From Octopus sinensis (taxonomy: Eukaryota), in the NCBI RefSeq assembly GCF_006345805.1, contig NW_021824285.1, positions 1 to 19,144 on the forward strand: 19,144 bases of DNA, written 5' to 3'. Of this stretch, positions 10,812 through 19,144 are shown piece after piece. The notes beneath the pieces were generated by a model. It made no database searches. It was not told where the DNA came from and saw only the letters and a list, made by a program, of their open reading frames with translations. Both the position numbers and the translations under genes were made by a program. Positions within the stretch are counted from its first letter, which is position 1; each line of letters begins with the position of its first letter.

Positions 10812-11022
10812 CTTAAACGTAAATCAACTTCGGTGGGGAAAATCTAGGATGTAAAAGCATTACCATGGTGACAATGTTGTGCAGGAAATCCAGGCCAACA
10901 ATATCCCAAAAGTCCTCTCTTAAGACTAGTGTGTGTGATTTGAGGTATGTGTGGCTAGTATTTCTAACAGATCTAGTGACCGCAAAAGACATTGCTCTTT
11001 CGTTTACAGCAGTCTACTCTGT

Positions 11023-11444
11023 ATACCTATTTCTTTACTACCCACAAGGGACTAAACACAGAGAGGTCAAACAAGGACAGACAAACGGATTAAGTCGAGT
11101 ATATCGACCCCAGTGCGTAACTGGTACTTATTTAATTGACCCCGAAAGGATGAAAGGCAAAGTCGACCCCGGCGGAATTTGAACTCGGAACGTGAAGACA
11201 GACGAAATACCTATTTCTTTACCACCCACAGGGGGCTGAACACAGAGAGGACAAACAAGGACAGACAAACGGATTAAGTTGATTACATCGAGTCCAGTGC
11301 GTAATTGGTACTTATTTAATCGACACCGAAAGGATGAAAGGCAAAGTCGACCTCGGCGGAATTTGAACTCAGAATGTAACGGCAGACGAAATACCGCTAA
11401 GCATTTCGCCCGGCGTGCTAACATTTCTGCCAACTCGCCGCCTT
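11023..11444 (-). mobile_element. Family A SINE dimer (full unit + head-truncated 184-bp unit)
   Basis: Repeat period 11023 to 11207 = 184 bp; TSD TACTC(T/C)GTATACC at 11015-11027 and 11446-11458. Confidence 0.95.
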
Positions 11445-13077
11445 TTACTCCGTATACCACGAAAAGAGCACCAACTTTTGACGCAATAAACTTGAGTGTA
11501 TCTACCATACAATTCTTACTTAACATTTCATTGGTTCTAAACGATTGTAACATCGTTTATTATTTGACTTCCAGTTCTCTCAGTAAGTGAATTAAGAGAA
11601 TTCGACTCGTTCATTTTGTATGTGTTTGTGTACGTGTTTTCCTGTCTCTCTTTGAGTGAGTCTCTCTGTGTGTGTGTGTGACTGTTTTATTTTTCTTCCA
11701 TCTAATTTCGTACATACTCTTTATTACCGTGAGAGATAACATAAAACACGATATCGTTGTAGCATTATAGCAAATTTAAATAGTCAGACGTTTTTTTGCA
11801 TTTGTATTTTTCTTCTTTTCCTTTCCATTCCTTATCGGGTGAAGTAAGTAAACCTTGCAAATTATTTGATTGTGATAGCGTCTTGTTGCTCAATTTTCTT
11901 TCGATGAATTTGTTTCCCAATCACCTTTAATTTATTATTTATTATTCTCTTTCGTTTTCACGCTGTTGTAAGGAAGTCAGTCGTAATAAATAAGCCGAGT
12001 CTCGTTAATATCATCGGCGAAGTGTTACTTCAGCAGAAAATGCTATCACCGAAAACAATACAAACTCTTTTTAAATAGAATTACATAAAGTAGAAAGATG
12101 ATTAAACCATTGCAGAAATAGCGGTGGATGCCATTAATCATGATGGGTTTACTGTTATTTCCGTCAGTAGGTGCAAGCAAGCATGACCCCAATGAAGTCT
12201 CCTTCCAAAATCAAACAAACAGAAAAAAATTATAAATCCTGATTCCTGCTCGTTCGCATTATTTTTCTAATTTGTATATATTTATTTTATTATAAATGCA
12301 AACCAACACCACGGAGGAAGCGACGTAAGTTTAAGTAATAAGCCGCGATAGGTGAATCGTGGTATGGCGAGGGGTTACTGTAGTAGCAAAAATTTGAATA
12401 ACAGAGCTTATATCGCCAAATATGAACACTTTTTGTAAAGATCTTACAAAGCCTCGGCTATTTTAATCCAATTTAGATGTTATAATCTCTACTATCACTG
12501 AATGACGAATCCATGTCTTTCGTGCAATTCAGAAAATGAACCTCTATCAGTTGAGAGGACCTCTAGCGTTCTTGGTCCCCGGGCCATATTCTTGCTCGCG
12601 GCTCTCGGGAGAAGGAGGAGATTGCTGTCCACAAATGTGTGCTCCGTGTGTCAGAGTAACTGTCTCTGTGCATCTCCCTCGCTATTCCCCGAGGCGATGA
12701 CTTTTCAGTTGTATCTGCTTGAGCTATGAGAAATATTTCTATATTATGAGAGGTAAGATTCTCCATTAATTTGCTTTATTTTAAAGTTGGTACATCCACG
12801 ATTACATTCTTGGGAAAGCCTGCTTCTTACTCACGCAGCATGTTACACATCCAATATCTTTACAAAAACTGTCCCAAGAAACCGTGAAACAAATTTCTTT
12901 GATTCGTTTCTCGGACCGAAATACCTTGTAAATCAAGGACGAACGCAGACAAACAAGGCCTGGAATTTGAGATTGGATCATGGAGGGTGTCATCAAACCC
13001 CTTGCTTGAATAGTGCCTTTTATTGATTCCTATTTTGAATCAATTTGTGAAATAAATGAAGTGATATAAATTTATGA

Positions 13078-13494
13078 AAGGCGGCGAGTTGGCAGAAACG
13101 TTAGCACGCCGGGCGTAATGCTTGGCGGTATTTCGTCTGCAGTTACGTTCTGAGTTCAAATTCCACCGAGGTCGACTTTACCTTTCATCCCTTTCGGGGT
13201 CGATTAAATAAGTACAGTTACATACTGGGGTTGATATAATCGACTTAATCCGTTTGTCTGTCCTTGTTTGTCTCCTCTGTGTTTAGCCCCTTTTGGGTAA
13301 TAAAGAAATAGGTATTTCATCTGCGGTTACGTTCTGAGTTCAAATTCCACCGAGGTCGACTTTACCTTTCATCCTTTCGGGGTCGATCAATTAAGTACCA
13401 GTTACGCACTGGGGTCGATATAATCGACTTAATCCGTCTGTCTGTCCTTGTTTGTCTCCTCTGTGTTTAGCCCCTTGTGGGTAGTAAAGATATA
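13078..13494 (+). mobile_element. Family A SINE dimer (full unit + head-truncated 184-bp unit)
   Basis: GGTATTTC at 13127 and 13311 (period 184 bp); perfect 15-bp TSD GATATAAATTTATGA at 13063-13077 and 13495-13509. Confidence 0.96.
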
Positions 13495-13604
13495 GATATA
13501 AATTTATGAGATTGAATATTCACGCCTAAAGTATAAAAAGTTCTGGACTAGTTGGAACGCTACGGTAGAAACCATCTTTTTTTCATTCATTTAAAATTGA
13601 TAAC

Positions 13605-13745
13605 TGCGGTCAGCTGGTAGAAGTGGCAAGAATTGCCTTGTGTTTCTGTTTGAAGCTTTTACGTTCTGAGTTCAAATCACGCATTATGTTATATTCCTGT
13701 TTAATGTCACTAGTGTCGATAAAAATAAAGTACAACTTTTCACAG
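13605..13745 (+). mobile_element. Diverged family-A-related SINE remnant
   Basis: TTTACGTTCTGAGTTCAAATC...GTCGATAAAAATAAAGTAC. Confidence 0.6.
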
Positions 13746-13857
13746 GGGTAGGGGTTAGAATAAACTTTACCTCCATTTTGATATTCTAGTACCTAAATCG
13801 AAAACAATTTTATCGATTCGATAATGTTGTATAGATATAAAAATATATACATAATAT

Positions 13858-14233
13858 GTGGAAGCACTCCGTCGGTTACGACGACGAGGGTTCCGGTTGA
13901 TCCGAATCAACGGAACAGCCTGCTCGTGAAATTAACGTGTAAGTGGCTGAGCACTCCACAGACACGTGTACCCTTAACGTAGTTCTTGGGGATATTCAGC
14001 GTGACACAGAGAGTGACAAGGCCGGCCCTTTCAAATACAGGTACAACAGAAACAGGAAGTAAGAGAAAGTTGTGGTGAAAGAGTACAGCAGGGATCACAA
14101 CAGCCCTGCCGGAGCGTCGTGGAGCTTTAGGTGTTTTCGCTCAATAAACACTCACAACGTCCGGTCTGGGAATCGAAACTGCTATCCTATGACCGCGAGT
14201 CCGCTGCCCTAACCACTGAGCCATTGCACCTCC
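13858..14233 (-). mobile_element. Family C tRNA(Arg-like)-derived SINE, full length (376 bp)
   Basis: Head GGAGGTGCAATGGCTCAGTGGTTAGG (A box) ... GTTTCGATTCCC (B box); perfect 11-bp TSD ATACATAATAT at 13847-13857 and 14234-14244; second copy at 17898-18197. Confidence 0.93.
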
Positions 14234-14729
14234 ATACATAATATACATATATAACGCAATCCCAACCTCGGCTGGATTCGAAAGCGGAAAGTAAGGCACT
14301 ATTATAAGATATTGACGACTGCATTATATCGGACTTACAATTGCTTGTGCTAATTCACTTGAGAAAGTAAATAATTAGCCAGAAATACAATGAATGAAAA
14401 AAATACAGCTTCACAGATAGTCGAGCTGATTCAGCAACCAAACACTGGCTTTGTTGTATCTATTCAAAGAATATTGTTATCTCTATTATTCCAGCGAGAA
14501 GGTCGGTTTCTAAGTACACCAACGAACGCTTATATTTTTAGACACCAGGCTAATTACATAGAATTACTTGCCAGCCAATCGATTTCTCCTACTTCATAAT
14601 TTCTCTTCCTGTTTTGTAAGCCTTCTGTACTATAAACTCGGTAACAAACTTCGTCAAGAACATCAACCTACTTATAAATAAATAAATCACAAACACACAC
14701 ACACACACATCACCACATACTTACACAGT

Positions 14730-14785
14730 TTTATATATGTATATATGAGTCAGTTTGGTTATGCATTCATTTCATGTGTGCCTTT

Positions 14786-14848
<63 letters not shown>

Positions 14849-14935
14849 CATAGTTAATCCAAACAAGAAAGCACAAAAAACACAACAACCCGAGGACGTG
14901 GAACAAATATTTTTATATTTATATGTGTACATATG

Positions 14936-14974
<39 letters not shown>

Positions 14975-15131
14975 TATGTGCCTACATATGATTTTTATGC
15001 ACACATATATGTGTACACATATATATTCATATGTTATTTATATATATGTGTACATATGATTTTTATATTGTATATATATATATATATTTTTTATTTATAT
15101 ATATAATATTTATATATTTATTTTATATATT

Positions 15132-15162
<31 letters not shown>

Positions 15163-15335
15163 TTATATTATAATATATATATACCACAAATATATATATA
15201 TACATATATATATATATATGAATATACATACCATACATATGTACATTTATTATATGTTATATATATATATTATATATATATATATATATATATGCGTGAA
15301 CGTCCTATGCATATCTATGTATATACACAGATGAA

Positions 15336-15386
<51 letters not shown>

Positions 15387-15420
15387 TTGTGTCTCCTTTT
15401 CTGTCTGTCTGTCTGTCTGT
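14730..15420. repeat. (TA)n-rich microsatellite field with terminal (TG)/(TCTG)n
   Basis: Directly visible. Confidence 0.96.
14852..14909 (-). mobile_element. 5'-truncated copy of the Penelope-like element, next to (TA)n
   Basis: AGTTAATCCAAACAAGAAAGCAC...GAGGACGTGGAACAAATA aligns to 2227-2288; truncated before the ribozyme. Confidence 0.8.
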
Positions 15421-15580
15421 CTGAGTATGAATATACGCTAGAAAGCCACAAAACGCTATTTGTCTTGAAAAAGCGCTGACGCAGGAACCTAGTTGTACTA
15501 ATTCCATCCACGCTACAAACACGTTTCTCTGCGGTTTAACACCGCACTCTTCCCTATGCTAAGTTCTCTCAACACAAATA

Positions 15581-15590
15581 CCGCCATTTT
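15581..15590 (-). promoter_or_regulatory. YY1 consensus site (AAAATGGCGG) in a CpG-containing unique stretch; possible promoter or start-codon region
   Basis: + strand CCGCCATTTT; a second GCGCCATTCT near 15632. Motif match only. Confidence 0.22.
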
Positions 15591-15724
15591 GTGGCTTTTT
15601 TTTATAGCATTCGTGAAGTATAATATCTAGAGCGCCATTCTGGAAAAACACTACATCCGTCGTTTATAACGAATATGAATATATATGTGTGGGTATATGT
15701 ATGGGTCTTTCAAGTTGTGTAGCT

Positions 15725-15850
15725 GATTGGTCGGAGTTTTGCATTCAATTACTACGAGATCATGGCTTCGATTCCCAGAATGGCTGCACATTGAGTCCTT
15801 GAGCGACACACTTCTTTTCACTCTGGTCTAATCTTCTCAGCCAGGTTGGG
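15725..15850 (+). mobile_element. Diverged family D SINE
   Basis: GAGATCATGGCTTCGATTCCCAGA...GTCCTTGAGCGACACACTT resembles the 3896-3977 head followed by a CORE-like segment. Confidence 0.55.
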
Positions 15851-15906
15851 GAATAGTGGCCTGCATGCTTAGCGAGCTGGGTAGCATTTTATATATATAT
15901 ATATAC

Positions 15907-16228
15907 ATGCTGGAGTACCGCCAATAGTCGAGCAAAATAGAGCCCAGTACTTATGCTATCCATCACATTTACCGAACCGCTAAGTTATGGGGACGTAAAC
16001 ACACCAGCATCGGTTGTCAATCGATGTTGGGGGCGGGGTACAAACAGACACACAGACACATACACACACATATATATACATATACGACGGGCTTCTTGCA
16101 GTTTCCATTTACCAAATCCACTCACACAACTTTGGTCGGCCCGAAGCTATAGTAGAAGACACTTGCTGAACCCGGGACCATGTGGTTAGTAAGCAAGCTA
16201 CTCACCACACAGCCACTCCTGCGCCTAT
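15907..16228 (-). mobile_element. Family B SINE, intact tRNA head, internal deletion of about 22 bp, tail truncated
   Basis: Head ATAGGCGCAGGAGTGGCTGTGTGGTGAG...GGTCCCGGGTTCAG; lacks the CCACTGCGTGGCA.CTTGG segment seen at 19-37; internal (TA/CA)n. Confidence 0.92.
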
Positions 16229-16289
16229 ATATATAATATATATATACATATGAATATATACAACATACATATACTAATATATTATCATA

Positions 16290-16323
<34 letters not shown>

Positions 16324-16522
16324 CATTATATATATATACATATATATATATATAAATATATATATATATACATATATATACATATATATATATACATATA
16401 TATATATACATATATGTATATACATATATATATATATATGTATAACATATAATATATATACATATATGTATATATTATATTATACACACATATATATACA
16501 TATATATATATAATGTATGTGC

Positions 16523-16553
<31 letters not shown>

Positions 16554-16605
16554 CAGACACATTTATAAATATAATGTACACATATATGTATATACATATA
16601 TATAT
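16227..16605. repeat. (TA)n-rich microsatellite
   Basis: Directly visible. Confidence 0.97.
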
Positions 16606-16905
16606 TTTTTTCTTTTTCTAGTTTCAGCTCAGAGCTGCGGCCATGCTGATGCACCGCCGTTTTGTGCTACACTGTTATTACGACGAGCCTCGTCTAATAT
16701 GTGGCACTTGGTGAAGAATGGAGTTTGATATAGCTACTCTCATTTGCACCTCTTGCCGTGATGTAGGTTCATCTGGCACTCTTGACAGGAAGATGTCCAG
16801 CTTTGATTTAAAAACCGCTAGATCTACTTTGTGCAAGTTCCTCAGACTCTTTGGGAGAATATTAAAAAGCTGTGGGCCCTTGAAACCCAGGCTGTTGCAG
16901 AAGCA
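16605..16905 (-). mobile_element. 5'-truncated CR1/L2-group LINE: C-terminus of ORF2 + 3' UTR + A-rich tail
   Basis: [44 protein letters not shown] matches the GPxLFNxLPxxLR...FKxxLDxFL C-terminal motif of CR1/L2-group ORF2; stop at 16678-16680, about 60-nt UTR, then AAAAAGAAAAAAAA. Confidence 0.85.
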
Positions 16906-16951
16906 CATATATATAATGTATGTGTATATATATATATATATAATTTATGTG

Positions 16952-17029
<78 letters not shown>

Positions 17030-17095
17030 CATATACATACACATTTATATATATATATAAATATATATATACATTTATATATATATATATATAAT
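16906..17095. repeat. (TA)n-rich microsatellite
   Basis: Directly visible. Confidence 0.97.
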
Positions 17096-17661
17096 AGATA
17101 GATAAGTAGAAAGAAAATCCTTTTTCCTTTCAAATATTATTTTGAAGACATGATTGTGTTGGGAATCAATCTTTGTATGAGAATTTCTTTGACGATCCAT
17201 TGTATGTAGTTTGGAGCAGTAACACTTGGAAGTCCATTAACGTTTCTAGAGCCTTCTTCACTCAACTTTTCGGCGCGTTGGCGTTGTGTTTCATAATGGA
17301 CAACAAGTGCTTACAGCTCTTATGTAATTTCCAAAAAAATCAACTACATCAAATTTAAAATTGTATCAGAAAACTATTGTGTTCTGTTAAACTGTATTTT
17401 GTGTGTTACAATATCATTTCTTTCGATCTTGTGAAACCTACTGCAGAATGCAGCATCAGTGCATCATCACATTCATTAATCTATGCAGTAGAATAGGAAC
17501 CATGGAATTGGAAATTTATTGGACCTCTTAGAATTAATATGGAGACAGCGAAATAGTGTAATTGAAAGATTAGTCTTAAGCTGAATCATGCTATCAATAA
17601 TGTTTTACCCACACATGCATATATATATATATATACACCCACATACACAATCACACACACA

Positions 17662-17702
<41 letters not shown>

Positions 17703-17715
17703 TATATATATATGT

Positions 17716-17878
17716 ATTTATTTATTTTATCTAGTTTCAGCTCACGAGCTGTGGCCATGCTGGGGCACAGCCATTTGGTGTTGCTACATGATTTTACTTC
17801 ACGAATGCTTTTTAGCAATTGCCATTTGGTGCATGAGAGAGTTCGATGCAGCTGCCCTCATCTGCACCTCCTGCCTAT
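17716..17878 (-). mobile_element. Family E short non-autonomous retroposon with LINE-derived tail
   Basis: 3' end TGTAGCAACACCAAATGGCTGTGCCCCAGCATGGCCACAGCTCGTGAGCTGAAACTAGA(TAAAA) is close to the LINE UTR at 16617-16670; the 5' part is unrelated to the LINE ORF. Confidence 0.75.
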
Positions 17879-17897
17879 ATATATATATATATATTAT

Positions 17898-18197
17898 GGA
17901 GGCGCAATGGCCCAGTGTTTAGGGTAGCGGACTCGCGGTTGTAGGATCGCGGTTTCGATTCCCAGACCGGGTGGTGTGAGTGTTTATTGAACGAAAACAC
18001 CTAAAGTTCCAAAAGGCTTCGGAAGTGGGTGGTAGTGTACTCTTTCACCACAACTTTCTCTCACTCTTTCTTCCTTTTTCTGTTGTACCTGTATTTTAAA
18101 GGGTCAGTCTGTGTCACGCTGAATCTCCCCGAAAACTACATTATGAATACATTTGTCTGTGGAGTGCTCAGCCATTTGTTGTAATCGACGGAGTGCT
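17898..18197 (+). mobile_element. Family C SINE with internal deletion of about 55 bp near the 3' end
   Basis: Collinear with the reverse complement of 13858-14233; joins GCTCAGCCA directly to GTAATCGACGGAGTGCT. Confidence 0.9.
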
Positions 18198-18216
18198 AGC
18201 CAGCAGAAACGTTAGA

Positions 18217-18260
18217 TGTGTGTGTGTGTGTCTGTCTGTCTGTCTGTCTGTCTGTCTGCC

Positions 18261-18314
<54 letters not shown>

Positions 18315-18445
18315 GCGGTTCCGCAAAGAGACCGATAGAATTAGTACTAGGCTTACAAAGAATAAATTCTGATGTGGATTTGTTCGATTAAATGCGGTGC
18401 TCCAGCATGGCCGCAGTCAAATGACTGAAGAAAGTAAAAAAATAT
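18217..18445 (+). mobile_element. Family B SINE, 3' half with expanded (GT)n/(GTCT)n
   Basis: GACCGATAGAATTAGTACTAGGCTTACAAAG...GCGGTGCTCCAGCATGGCCGCAGTCAAATGACTG. Confidence 0.88.
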
Positions 18446-18523
18446 ATATAGGAAGAGAGGTTGAAAGAGAGATAAATACGTATATATATATATATAATAT
18501 ATATATATATATATACATAAATA

Positions 18524-18555
<32 letters not shown>

Positions 18556-18571
18556 CTTTTTTCTTTTTTTT

Positions 18572-18887
18572 TCTTTTGTTTTAGTCATTTGACTGCGGCC
18601 ATGCTGGAGCACCGCCTTTAGTCGAGTAATCGACCCCGGGACTTATCTTTGTAAGCCCAGTACTTATTCTATCGGTTCTCTTTTTTGCCGAACCGCTCGG
18701 TGACGGGACGTAAACACCGCATCGGTTGTCAAGCAATGCTAGGGGGAAAACACAGACACACACACATACATATATATATATATACATATATACGACAGGC
18801 GTCTTTCAGTTTCCGTCTACCAAATCCACTCACAAGGCATTAGTCGGTCCAGGGGTGTAGCAGAAGACACTTGCCCAAGATGCCACG
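18572..18887 (-). mobile_element. Family B SINE, 5'-truncated, complete tail
   Basis: Collinear with 15907-16228 and 1-118; ends within the CORE-like CCCAAGATGCCACG. Confidence 0.92.
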
Positions 18888-19144
18888 TTATCAAAGAAGC
18901 TTGAGAGGCGGTTGGATGGAACCTACACTCGCCTCCTTATGAGAGCTCAAAATCTCTCGTGGAAGCGCCATCCAACCAAAATGCAAATATATGGGAAACT
19001 ACCACCTGTATCATCTCTTGTGAAAGGTAGGAGAGTCCAGTTGGCTAGACATTGTTGTAGAGCTGAAAAAGAAGTAATTTCTACTCTTCTCCTCTGGAAG
19101 CCATCTACTCGCAATACCAGAGGGCGCACACTCTCCTACCCTGA
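18888..19144 (+). mobile_element. 5'-truncated RTE-group LINE, ORF C-terminal region (runs off the window)
   Basis: 85 stop-free codons LSKKLERRLDGTYTRLLMRAQNLSWKRHPTKMQIYGKLPPVSSLVKGRRVQLARHCCRAEKEVISTLLLWKP...GRTLSYP match the RTE-type LDGxYTRxLR...W...RRLxFAGHC...LLLWxP...GRP pattern. Confidence 0.88.

Noticed and set aside
11023-11444. Regularly spaced direct repeats resembling a CRISPR array
   Set aside because: Units are 184-bp SINE bodies with no unique spacers; eukaryotic context with no cas genes.
11128-11590. 141-aa and 103-aa ORFs (also 9019-9237, 10865-11182, 13907-14098)
   Set aside because: They lie within SINE copies; non-coding repeats read by chance.
12128-12235. 35-aa ORF with a signal-peptide-like start (MPLIMMGLLLFPSVGA...)
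   Set aside because: Too short, with no supporting evidence; expected by chance.
12502-12766. GC-elevated block with ORFs on both strands and a possible 44-nt exon (12709-12752)
   Set aside because: All frames are interrupted or unrecognisable; splice signals are compatible with chance.
13858-14233. tRNA-like sequences at SINE heads (also 3896-3977, 16170-16228, 17898-17970)
   Set aside because: A/B boxes are present, but there is no complete cloverleaf and they continue into repeat bodies; these are SINE heads, not tRNA genes.
17135-17358. Protein-looking open frames on both strands (YETQRQRAEKLSEEG... on minus; MYENFFDDPL... on plus)
   Set aside because: No good acceptor or recognised motif; cannot be distinguished from chance.

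Overview
AT-rich eukaryotic genomic DNA, almost certainly intronic or intergenic. The repeat families and extreme microsatellite density are most consistent with an Octopus (coleoid cephalopod) genome; this is inferred from recognising the repeats, not proven. About half the window is microsatellite ((CAT)n, (TA)n, (GATA)n, (TG)n), and nearly all ORFs in the track are translation artefacts of these repeats or of SINEs. The rest holds about 17 copies or fragments of 4-5 short retroposon families (labelled A-E here; A-D have tRNA-like heads), two LINE 3' fragments (CR1/L2-group at 16605-16905, RTE-group at 18888-19144), and three copies of a (TA)n-anchored Penelope-like terminal repeat. The longest of those three carries a minimal type I hammerhead ribozyme fold with two core substitutions. 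No host gene can be identified confidently; a few low-confidence candidate exons are listed, the best ending in a CaaX motif. The strongest observations are the hammerhead-bearing TA-anchored element, a LINE 3' UTR sharing a covarying stem-loop tail with two SINE families, and SINE dimers with the same 184-bp period, each flanked by a target-site duplication.
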